Positions 12,413-26,430 of a stretch of DNA of 55,260 bases are shown in pieces. The first letter of the stretch is position 1. Each line of letters opens with the position of its first letter. Source of the stretch: Trichosphaerium sp. ATCC 40318 (Eukaryota > Protista > Tubulinea). The notes under the pieces are model-generated. The model was given only the letters and a program-made list of their open reading frames with translations. It was not told where the DNA came from and made no database searches. The translations under genes were made by a program, and so were the position numbers. Location of the stretch: positions 1 through 55,260 of the forward strand of contig JALMLS010000004.1 of the NCBI GenBank assembly GCA_038496445.1. Reading direction: 5' to 3'.

Positions 12413-14137
12413 CTACAGGCTGGCTGTAATTTCCTCAACCTTTTGCTTAGCATCACCGAGAAGCATTTTTGTGTTTTCACTGACAAAAGTTGGGTTTGTT
12501 ACACCAGCGTGGCCAGCTCCATCGACTGAGCGCTTGATTACAACACACTAATACAGACGTGAGTTCAAGCTGTTTTGTTTAAACAACAACAAAAAAGAAA
12601 GCATTGATTCAATACAGAACAAACCACGTACTTGTGCAGCCTCCCAAACAGGCAATACATTAGTGAGAAAGTTAGGTGCTTGGGAATCGGTAGCACCGCG
12701 GTTGATAATATCATTAGCACCTGATAAAACGTATAAGTAACCCATCAAAAAAAAAGTAGTTAAAACTGGCGTGAGAGATGTTGCTATTCAGACAAGATGA
12801 TATCGGCAATGAAATTACGTTCAGAAGCTTAGAATAATTTTTTGACATCATTTGAAAAAAGAACAAAAAGAAAAAAGTAACCCAACAACTTACCAACAGC
12901 AATAACTAAATCAACCTGGGCGAAATTTGGGTATTGATCAAAGTAAGTTGCATCTTCAATTTGATGGATCATTGAAAGAGGTAAGTTCGCCATGGAGAAT
13001 CCTTGTACAAAAGAACGACCATATAAACGGCCAGCGTCTGGGTGAACAACAATTTTGACGTCCTTGCCTAATAATAGTGACGTGAGCTATAGATGCTCGA
13101 ATAAAAAAAAAAGTAAAGCACTAAAACCGTACCTGAGGCGGCAAGTTTCTTAACCATAGTGGTGATTGCCTCAAATGCATCAGCATTTTGTACGCCAGCG
13201 CCTACAACAACAGAAACACTACGTAACCAATTAGATAATTGAAAAAGCCAGTCTAAAACATTGCAAGGGCCTAATAACGTACGTGTTGGCACTCTTGGCT
13301 GCTGAAGCGACACCAGCGGCTTCAGTATGTACAGGTTCGCTAGTAAGAGCTGCGCCTGTGCTCCAAGGCTTGTATGATGCGGCAATAGCTGGAATACCGG
13401 CTGGGAAGGAAGAAATACCCATAAACACCATAGCTCCAATGAACACGGGTGTGAAGTCCATCACTACATTGTACATTAGAAACTAAAACTGGACAAGGGA
13501 GAATGGGAGGGAAAAAAAATCAAAAACAAAAAAAAAGTTTTCAGGACTTGGAGTTAATATTTGAGTATTATTTTTCTTTCTTTAACGCCAAGCGAACGCC
13601 CACAAACAGCTCGAAGTTCAGTCTGTCAACTGGAATAGCTCGCAAAAAAACCGTTCAACCCTTTTTTTTTTTTTGGTTCACGTACTAACGAAAGAGAGGT
13701 GACCCATGTAGGCTGTGTTAAGCATAGCAAAGCCAATCCACCATACAGATCTGTTGTTGAGGTACTTTTGGCGCTGTTGGAGGAGTGGGAGTTTGTCGAA
13801 CATTGATGTTTCAGGTAGAATTGGTTCTTCAACAACTACAGCGGCGTCTTGCTTCGCGGCGGCAGGAGAAGCGTAGCTGCGGGCTACAATGCGTGCTACA
13901 GCTAGAAGACGAGTGAATAACGAGCACAATCACTAGTTTCAAAGTTTCATTTTTTTTCAGTGTTGGTTTCAGCGTGTAACGGGCTGGGTTAGAATTTTTG
14001 AAGCTACTGGCAACCGCTGGAGGAGAAATAACATACCTTTGTTGTACTGTGTGCGCAGAGTTTTCTACACATAAAAAAGTTAGCGCGAGTGATAATTTAC
14101 CAAGCCCAGTGTTAAAAACAACGCACCTTCGATGCAT
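12413..14137 (-). CDS. Truncated, divergent NAD(P) transhydrogenase protein: presequence-like N-terminus, 2-3 hydrophobic segments and the NADP(H)-binding domain III only (~320 aa)
   Basis: Spliced C-terminus: VSVVVGAG...VVHPDAGRLYG...VIAVGANDIIN...VLPVWEAAQCVVIKRSVDGAGHAGVTNPTFVSENTKMLLGDAK, which follows PntB/NNT domain III motif by motif. The 5' exons are uncertain; the best model needs a 1-nt homopolymer correction near 14061-14064. Confidence 0.85.
12785..12855 (-). ncRNA. Candidate intronic box C/D snoRNA
   Basis: A ~170-nt intron contains ATGATGT (C-like), an internal CTGA (D') and a terminal CTGA (D) within ~70 nt. Confidence 0.35.
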
Positions 14138-14576
14138 TTTTCGATACGAGAAATGAAACACTGCGAGTGCTTTGTTTCGCTTTTGTTGGTGCGACCGTAA
14201 TACGGCAAACTAAATATTGCTTTAGGAGCGACTTTTAAGGCCAATGGAGAGATCAAGGTGGATGCCTTCAATTTTTTACCAGCACTCCAAATTTATAAAA
14301 TTTGGGCTGCATGGCGCTTGTTTATTATTGTAGCGGTAAAACACACCCAAACATTAAACAAAATAACATACCGTAGTTTCCTGCTCTAGACAAAGCCATA
14401 GTCTCTAGTTTAGTCGCTTTTTGTTGAGTTTGGCAACGCGGTGGTCAACAAGGCAAAAAAAAAATTACGGTCAAAAAAAAAAAACCATTCATCAATTATT
14501 TTTTGTTGGAAACAAGGCCTTTTTTAACCGTTGAAATTTACGTTGCGAGCGCATAAACGAGATTCAGAAGTTACAG

Positions 14577-17188
<2,612 letters not shown>

Positions 17189-17387
17189 CAAAACAAAAAA
17201 CGTTTACTTTTATGGCTTCTTGCACAGCTTGATTTTTATTGGCAAGGCAAACAAATGCTCAAATACTGAGGCGTTTTCTACCTATTTAATATTGTAAAAC
17301 ATTTAAAAATAGACCAGGATTCTTTCAAATAATTATGTCATTATGAAGCGCCGTTTGTTTCTTAAATCCTCTTTATACAGCGCCTCC

Positions 17388-17981
17388 TTAGCACACGCCT
17401 AGCCTTCTCATGGTACCAATGATAAGTCTCCTACCTGTCTTCCGTAGGTACTCCACATCTAACATGTCTTTGAATGGCACTGAATATGGAGCAGCGCATG
17501 GCATTCCATATCCACCAATAATATCAGATGGGTCACGCCCTAGCACAGCTTCTAGAAATTGGGCGTCTGACTTTTGCCACTTTTTGGTTTGGAGGTACTT
17601 GGTGGGAGGGCTTATTGACTTCTCGCTCATCAACTTACTTAACCAATCTCGTGTCTCCCAAGTGCACGGCTCTTCTCCCAGCTTCTCTCGCCTGCTGTAA
17701 TATCTCTTGTCGCCCCGCTCTGAAAATACTTCTACTAGATCGCTTTGGGCGCCGTTTGGTTGAAGAAGTACACAAACGTCTATATTATCTTCTAGTCTGT
17801 ACCAATGCTTCGAGCACAATAAGCTCTTGGCTTTGTCACTATAAAATACGCATAGTGGAGCGAAAAATGAGCACGTTAACGCAAAATTGCGGTACGTTTT
17901 CGCATTACCTTCGTGCATTACGTGATCTAGTACAATACACCAAGAATCAGCGTCTAGCAAGTCTTCTGGGTCGTTAGCCAT
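17388..17981 (-). CDS. Intronless hypothetical protein (197 aa) with a weakly F-box-like N-terminus
   Basis: Clean ATG-to-stop ORF with protein-like composition; LLDADSWCIVLDHV...YRNFALTCSFF. Confidence 0.65.
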   Translation of the reverse strand: MANDPEDLLDADSWCIVLDHVMHEGNAKTYRNFALTCSFFAPLCVFYSDKAKSLLCSKHWYRLEDNIDVCVLLQPNGAQSDLVEVFSERGDKRYYSRREKLGEEPCTWETRDWLSKLMSEKSISPPTKYLQTKKWQKSDAQFLEAVLGRDPSDIIGGYGMPCAAPYSVPFKDMLDVEYLRKTGRRLIIGTMRRLGVC

Positions 17982-18517
17982 GGTACGTTATTCTTTTTGA
18001 CAAAACGACACCTAGTTGGGTAGATGTGTCCAATTGACGCTAGTATTGTCACGTGGTATAGTTTATGTGGTTTGTGGTCGTTGAAGGTATGATGACTGCA
18101 TACAGCAAGGGTTCACTGTTCCCTTTTGAACTTCACTTACTTTTTTGGCTTAAGCAAGAATTAGTTATTGTGGTCACCACATTGCTATTGAGTCACTGAC
18201 CAGTCAAAGGCTTTGACTTTACCGCCAATGCTCCGCTTGGAAATTTAGTATTTATGGTTGTTGCAAACATTATCCCTATTTGTGAGACGCGTGATATAAC
18301 GGTATTGCAAATACATCCAGTTGTAATAAAAATCGACACTGTCGATTAAGGCTAAGCCTTGCTCCAAGTGCATGTAACCAAATTTGCTTTAAAACAGTTC
18401 TAGAAATTCAGTTTAACAGTTGTTTATTACAATTACAAGCACCTTAGCCAATTTTCTTTAATAAAGTTTGTATAGTCAGTCTCATACTCCAAAATCTTCT
18501 GGAATTATACTGTCAAA

Positions 18518-19495
18518 TTACTTGGTCTCGTTCTTGTCTTCTGAAAAGACGTGAATAATTTCTCATTAGTTTATAAAAACGTACTTGAGCATGATCCTGT
18601 CTTGTTTACTTTTGACCATAGCTCAAAATAGTGTTCCCAGGAGTCAACTGGTTTTGTTAGGAACTTGTCAGCAAGTGCAATCTTGTCATTATTGCTATTT
18701 CCATCGTATTTGACTTTATCCAAAAACCGTATTATAAAGTCATAGCAGTTGTTATCCATTGAATGATACTTTGTATGTTTGACGCGACTGCGAGGAGTTA
18801 GCTGCGTAACATGCCTAAAACGTCGTACATTGTTTCTTCTTTAGCATGTGCTTGTAAAGCATCATCCCACTCCTTGTTGCTCATGTCTGAAGGGCAAGAC
18901 ACGGCTATGCAATCAATCCAAGGGTCATCTCGCCTCAAACTAACTTGATCGAAATTGTGCACGTGACCTAAAACGTGTAGTCCTTTAGAATTATGTTGCA
19001 CGTGTAATACAAACAAACCTTGTGAATCAGATATACCAAAGTGAAGTAGTGACGTTGGTTTGTATGTCTTGAAAGAACCAATTGTGCACTTTATAATAAA
19101 TGACCGCGGAGTGCTTTTTTCTACTAGAGGGCATGCAAACGTGTTTTCAAGGACCTCATCCTATTATCACATAAGCAAACTATACAGTACTAGCAATGCT
19201 GTCTTTTAAAAGAAGGCTGGTGAATATGCTTTTTTTAGAAGCACTTTTGTTTTGTTTCGTTCCGTTTCTGATAAGGTACGCACGTTTGCAGGCGGATCGA
19301 GCGAATATTGTAACTTATTTCCTTGTTGGCGTTCATAAATTGTTTTGAATACATCCGTCGCTCGTATTGTATCGTTTTTCTCTTTCTATGTACTTGTTAG
19401 CGTTATTGTATTGATAAAAAGAACAAAACCTCAGCTTGATCTTGCATAGATAGCCTGATTGCCATCTGTATCATCTCTTCTTCGCTCATGCCCAT
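18518..19495 (-). CDS. UIM + MKRN2OS-like (DUF4796-type) domain protein
   Basis: MSEEEMIQMAIRLSMQD (UIM), then FACPL...SFIIKCTIGSF...LLHFGISDSQG...VHNFD...WIDCIAV...WDDAL...YHSMDNNCYDFIIRFL. Confidence 0.7.
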
Positions 19496-19785
19496 GATGG
19501 CTGTTGTTTGTTCTATTTGGACTATTTTGTGTTGAAGAACGACATTCTTTTCTCTGAATCGACCAGTACTATTAACGTGAGCCATTAAAGACGAGCAAAG
19601 ATACTGCCAAGCAAGGTGCTTGTGCCTAACTCAGCTGTACAAATAAGATAGGTACTAAGCCACAACGGCTACAGTTTGAGATGGTCCAGGCTGCAATTTA
19701 AGAGAATTTAGCTAAATTCTCCTTTCAACAAACGTGCTTTCTTCAAGTTGCCAAGCACCACTGCTGTTTTGTTCTTGATATTATT

Positions 19786-20464
19786 ATGACACGCGCAATC
19801 CTTTGTGTTCCACTGATTGTACAGGTACAGTGGCTCGTAATATCAGCAGGGGTGCCAAAACACTGTTGGCGAAGCAAGTAGGGCAGGTCACAGGTTGTAA
19901 AAATCACGTGACTGAGTTTAACCTATTTTGTAAAGATTGTCTACAGGGAACACAATACGATATGTGATACGTTTGATAGGCAATACGAATTTATCGCGCA
20001 GCTTGCGGATTAAATGTGGTACATATATTTAGCGCCAAAGCGTGACATATTTGTATTTAGAAACCTCTTCTTGTCATTTCCGAAGGGTTTGTTGCTACAT
20101 CTGGAGTCTACGAACTACAGAAGGCATCTTATTATGCATAAGGGCAACGCATTGAGCGTATAAAGCAGCATGTTTATCCGTATCAAGATTTACATCGTAA
20201 TCTTGGAGCAGGAGAACCATTATTACCAATAAGAGTCGAATGCAGTATTACTTCTTCTGGAAGTTGCAGGTTAAATGTGTTGGTGCATGTTCTTTTAATG
20301 TTTATTAAAACTTTAGATGCAATTTAGGAAAAGTTCAATTGCTAGAATGGCAACAAAGTGGCTGTAGTGAATCAGACTGTTCGTCTTTATCCGCGCAAGA
20401 GGGTAATGCAAAGGTATCACAGGGTGAGCCTGTAGGCATGCGAACTAGATGTATAGAACAATAA
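19786..20464 (+). CDS. Possible spliced hypothetical protein
   Basis: Several open segments bounded by splice-like sites (e.g. DLHRNLGAGEPLLPIRVECSIT; CNLGKVQLLEWQQSGC...RCIEQ*). No recognisable domain and the start is uncertain. Confidence 0.35.
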
Positions 20465-20749
20465 AGACCACATTGCATTTATATGTCACGTGGTATTTAA
20501 GCTTTTTCACAACTTTTTTCATACACAGTGGCACCATTGGTGTGCACATAGGTTTCTTGTTATTTCTGTCCTTTGAAATGTCTTCAATAGCACTTTACTC
20601 ACCCTTCATTTGCTCACTAGGTGCCTAGTACGTAAAAGGCGTTTTGCAACAAGGCACGGGCCAAAACTTCTCCAAAATTAATTGCCCGAGTTCACTTAAA
20701 TTCACCGGAGAAACAATTAGAAAAGCCTCACTACCACGAACCAAGCATC

Positions 20750-23568
20750 ATGAGTGTTCAAATGGAAGCGCTTGGCGCAAACCAAGATTCAAAGGCCAAC
20801 CCAATACAAATAGTTTACACCGACATTGATTACAATGTACCTAAACCTGAAACTGGGATAAAGGGCATGTGCCCTTGTTTTTCTAAGGGCCCTAAAGAGC
20901 GTATAAACATCATAAACAACATTTCAGGTGTCATTGAACCTGGTGCCATGACAGCAATCCTTGGACCTAGCGGTACGCGTTCTTCTATCTAAACCAAGTG
21001 TTTCTTCGTGTTGTCTTGTAATTTTTGAAAGACTAACTTCTATGGCAAGGTTCTGGTAAAACAACCATGCTAAACATCTTATCTGGGCGTATACCCAAGA
21101 AGGATTACAGCGGTTCCGTAACTTACAACGGAGCGAAAGTATCAGCTCTCAAATTCAAGAGATACATTGGATATGTGCCACAGGTATTGTGTCTCAGTAA
21201 TCACGTGCACCGCACGGGAAAATTATTTAGACGAAAACGCGGATAAATGCTAACTCTTTGAACTAAGGCTGATATCCTCGCTGGGGCGCTCACAGTTACC
21301 GAGACTATGCAATTTGTTGCTGATCTTCAATTGCCTCACTTATCAACAGACAAACGTGATGCCATTGTAAATAACACCATAGACGAGCTCGGGTTGAGAA
21401 AATGTGCGAAAACATACGTCGGCTATGTGGGAGAAGGTACGGGCAACAATAAGAACCTTAACATTGTTTTAACGCTCGTTCTAGACGCTTTGAATTCAGG
21501 TATTAAGCGTGGTATTTCGGGTGGTGAGAGAAAAAGGTTGAGTGTTGGTCTTGAACTCATCAGCAATCCTTCGTTGATATTCCTCGATGAACCTACCACT
21601 GGCTTGGATGCGTTTTCAGCATTGAGCGTCATAAAGACGCTTCAAAGACTAGGTATTGCAAAATTACTTTTTTTCTTTCCGATTTTCACTTTTTTCTTTG
21701 TACTAACGCCTTCTTGCAGCGAAGAAAGGAAAGACAATCGTGTTTACAATTCATCAGCCTTCTTCTGAGATTATGGATTTGTTCGATAAAATGCTACTCA
21801 TTAGTAGAGGCAAGTGTCAGCGACTTCTACCTTTCCATTTTTAATAACTAATATCTAATAGGATACACTGTTTATAATGGTCGATTTGACAAAGCGCTGA
21901 CTTACTTCAAAAGCGTAGGATACGAGTGCCCTAAGCATGAAGATCCAGGAGATTATTTTTGTACGTTTTAACATACCGTACAATAACACTAAATGATACA
22001 AAGTGCGATGTTGTCAAGATCCAGATGCCAAACTTGCAGGAACAATTGCTGGTACTCTAGATAGTAATCAAGTTACACTTGGCGAAGAAGATGCTGTAGC
22101 ACAAAAATTAGCGCATGCACAATCAATGGGCACTCTATTCGATCAGTCTAAATATGTACGTGGTTGTAATTTTGTAGAAGAAAGAAGTTAATTTGTGTTG
22201 TAGAAAAAGAAGAGTGTAAAGAAAGAAAAGACGCCAGCAAAACTTGATACAAGTGATCATAGTAGACAAGCTAGTTTCTTTCTACAGGTTGGAAAACTGT
22301 TACAGAGAAACTTCCGCAACTTGGCCCGCGAACCAAACGCCACACGTGCTTCGCTACTACAGGCACAAAATTCTCACTTTTTCCTTATACTAACGTAGTT
22401 TGTAGTTTGTTGTCATTGCTGTTGTAATGGGTCTTATCTACCTTCAAATGGACAACACTAACACGGCAGCTACTCAAGATCGTACTGGATCGCTTTTCTT
22501 TAGTTGTATCTTTATTATGATGATGGGGCTCCTTCAACCGTTTAACAGCTGTAAGTCTTAATTTCCATGCAAACAAAACAAACTAATGTATTGCTTGTAG
22601 TTGCCACCGAAAGTAAGGTATTCATGAGAGATTATTTCGCGGGTTTGTATGGAACTCCAGCTTATTACTTTGGTAAACAACAGCATCATTTAATGTTTGT
22701 AACGATTTATTACAGGTAAAGTGCTTACTGAGACACTTGTATTTGTTGTTCTTGTTATGATTTATAAGTACGTACAAGGAACCCATAGTATTAAAATAAT
22801 AATTCTTTTTCAGCGCTATTTTCTATTGGATGGTTGGATACAAGACTACTGTGGAAGCATTCTTTATATTTTGTTTGATAATGATAATTGTTAACAACGT
22901 ACTGCACATGAACTTTAGAAAATATAAACTAACACTGAACATATAGATATCAATCGCATTCGGTACACTTATCATTGTCATATTCCCAAGTCCAGCTGTC
23001 GCTCTAACTGTATTCCCATTGTTCTTTATACCTCTGATGGTAAGCGAAAGGACGGCTCTTTCTGTAATTACTAATGTGATGCTCAGATGTTTTCTGGATT
23101 TTATCTTGATTCTGATTCTACTCCGGTTTATTTCATTTGGGTAGAGTAAGTTGGTGGTATAATAACTATTTTACTAACTACTGCTTTAGATACTTATCGT
23201 ACCTAAAATATGGATTCCGTGCATTGATGAGAAATGAGGTAATTCATAAATTCTCTATCCTTCAAACTAAAATAATTAGCTCGATGATCAAACGTTTTAC
23301 TGCACCCAAGAAGAAATAGACAACTCTGGCGGTGTATGTCCATTCGAAGGACCAAACGCAGGTAGACAAATCTTGGATTTCTTCAGCATGTTGGGTACGA
23401 TAATATTGTTGAACTATTTTCTTTTTATCACGTGTTTATATTTGCTTTACAGGTGTATCAAGTATATGGATAGACGTTGCAATATTGTGTGGATTTTTGG
23501 TCGTCATTCACGCTTTATCTGTTGTTATTCTTGCATTCAAAGCCAGACGACAAAACATGAAAGGATAA
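20750..23568 (+). CDS. ABCG (White-type) half-transporter
   Basis: Walker A GPSGSGKTT, signature [24 protein letters not shown], then C-terminal TM segments and [16 protein letters not shown]. Confidence 0.93.
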
Positions 23569-23852
23569 AAAACTACATAGCAAAAATATTTGCGAGTTTA
23601 ATGTAAATAAACCTTGCTGCAGCAAGCCACATTCAGTTTTCAAACTTTGCTACTGCTCTTCCAATTTTAACTTGTAAAAACTACCAGCTAGAATACTACA
23701 CTTTGAGACTAGATGTACCCCAACAAAACTATGAGAACAACGCTGTTATGTATTTAAAACTTCAAATCCCATTTAGCTCTTACCCCTGGAATTTTTGCCA
23801 GGGCGTGGCTTGTAGTTACAAAATACCCGAAAAGCCACGAGCAACACATCAA

Positions 23853-24900
23853 ATGAGCGGAACACCTGTTTGCTTCGCCTGCGGGAAAAAAGTATACAAA
23901 CAAGAAGAACTACGGGCAGACGGGAGAGTGTTTCACAAAACATGCTTAAAATGCTCCGGTACGTCACCCGACTCCTTATGTTCCATGGAGTAAACAGCCT
24001 TGAACATTTGCAGAATTACCCACACGTGACTGATAGTGATATCTAACACAACTTTTTTTAGAATGTAACAACACGTTGAAGCTTGGAAACTACGCCTCCT
24101 TGCAAGGAAAGTACTATTGTAAGCCCCATTTCAAGCAGTTATTCCGTTTGAAGGGTAACTACGATGAAGGCACGTGTAGATCCTACAACGAAGTACCAGC
24201 GGAGAGGAGAGACTAACGGGGTTTTTGGCAGGTTTTGGAGGTACACAGCACAAAATGAAATGGGCCAATAAAGAGGCAGGAAAACCAGCAGGTACGCCAC
24301 TGATGAGTGTATCCAAGCTTTGCTTATACCCGAATAATAGAGCGAGCAAAAGAACAAACGGCTAGCGCTCCTGTAGACGCAAAAGAGAAGAAAAAGGCAG
24401 CAAAGCCTTCTTTCCATGGGTTAACGTTAGAGGACGTTGGTGCGTTGGTCTTTACTCTATTTTGTGTAACGACAATACCCTAACCTCATGAAGAACTGGC
24501 CCAACAAGCGTTTAAAAAATACGACACTAACGGTGATGGCGTTTTAAACAAAGAAGAGTTCCACAAGGCACGATATTTTGTTCCGTAAACGACGGTTATA
24601 ACGTCACGTGATGACTGCAGGCTTTACTTATGGGCGTCTTAGGTAATAGAAGAGGCAATGGCTAAGAAAGGCAAGAAGATGGGAAAAATACTCTTACGCA
24701 GGATTGCAGACATGCACTTTCAAGTACGAATACCCTCAACCTGGGTTTCTAGTGTATTCATTATGTACTAGCGCGCTGATGCAAACGGAGATGAAGAGCT
24801 TGATGAAGTTGAGTTCTTGCTTACATTCAACGAGATGCTACTTGAGGACGCGAAGAAGGAGGCAGCAGAAGCCAAGAAGCAAGCCGAAGCAGCCAAGTAA
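23853..24900 (+). CDS. LIM domain + two EF-hand protein
   Basis: CFAC...[48 protein letters not shown]; EF loops [12 protein letters not shown] and [12 protein letters not shown]. Confidence 0.9.
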
Positions 24901-25295
24901 ATGGTAGTAGATTTGCTTGTAAATAAACTATTTCCAACTGTCCCTTTCTGTACGGTTGTGCGTAAGAGTAATTTGAACACAAAAATTATCCAACTTTGGT
25001 TACAAACCGTAAATTACAACAGCACTTCTATTGAACTGAGCTACGCTAGCTAGCTCAAGTTACCCAAAGTTTACTCATCTTGTTAGAATTTTGGTTGTTT
25101 ATCAAAAATAGAGTCGTCTTGACCTTACAACTGGAGGCTAACGTGATAGTGCTTGCGTACGCAGCTCCATAAACAGCAAGTTTGGAAAACAAACTCCAGA
25201 AAAAGGATACTGAGGACTAGAATTTAGCCACAAACTACCGTACCGTATGTAAAAGTACTACGCATTGCGCTTTGCGCTGTAAGTACATATTTTGC

Positions 25296-26136
25296 TTAAA
25301 ACAATCCTACGCGAATATCTCTTGTGGAGAAGTGTATTCGTGTAGGATGCTCTAAGTAAAAGCACTTTTGTTTAGTAGTTCTGAGTTTGTCCATCTCATC
25401 TTGAGGTGCTGTTGATGTGTTGAGTTGGTTTAATGAAGTATTTGAGGGCAAAATATCTGCCAGTTTTTGGCTAGCAAGTTTGGATTTATTTGGTACACTA
25501 ACTCTTGTCTTTGGTAGCCAGCGCCTTGTGTCCTAGTATTGAGTTTTAAACGTATTAAAACAAGTACATCAAACTGTATTTTTGTTTCGAACAGTGTTCG
25601 AATATTTTGGTGATTTTCACGCGCCGTTGGCTTTCGTTTGTGACCGAATGTTGGGTGGCGGGTATCCCAGCAAAAGAGAACAGAGCTCTACTCGCTTGCA
25701 TTCCTTATTCATGAACGTATTTTTTTTCGAACAAAAACTGGTTTGTAGGAGAGGAAGGATTTATTTACATATTTTACATTTGTTTTGAGTATCTTCATTA
25801 TTTAAACACCGAATAGCGTAAAAAATAGTTGTTTGGTCTTTTTTTCTTTGATTGAGATAGCGTCTTTTTCGTGTTTTTTGATCGATTTTTGGTTGATTTG
25901 TTGTTTGGTTTTTGTGCGTTTTGGATGATGGTAGCATAAGCTACTGGCATCTGATCAAAGGTATGAATAGGTGCCTTCCTGGGACACGGCCGTGTTCGTG
26001 GTTTTACAAAGTAAGTTTGTTGATTTATGCATAAAGTGTCATATGCGCGTTCTGTTCTACACTGTTGGACCTTTGCCTTGTGATTATGATAGCTCTTTGA
26101 TCTTACTAAAGCTTTAGATATTGCGTTTCTTAGCAT
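25296..26136 (-). CDS. Possible basic low-complexity hypothetical protein (3' end unresolved)
   Basis: A 112-aa ATG ORF plus a further open segment at ~25535-25300; no domain recognised. Confidence 0.3.
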
Positions 26137-26430
26137 TTGTTGTTATGCCAGGGTGTCAATGTTAAAATGATGTTAAGGCAGGTTTTATAACAAGTCACTT
26201 TTTTCAATCAAGAATATCAATCACATTTCAATCAACCTTTTCAATCAACAATTATGTTAATAATAGTCATGGAGCAACGACGTTTTGTAAAACGCCACTT
26301 TTAGATTGAAAATTTGGGTGTAACTCAATCATCAACTATTTTTGGAGGTTCAACAAAAAAGCGTTATAAAGTTTGTATTTCGAGTACACCGAACCAAAAA
26401 TACAGTCAAACTAAATTTATTATGGAAACT

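Noticed and set aside
25118-25180. Dictyostelid Class I RNA-like motif (ttgaccttaca) with a hairpin
   Set aside because: Partial match, weak terminal stem, and the region may be coding on the minus strand.
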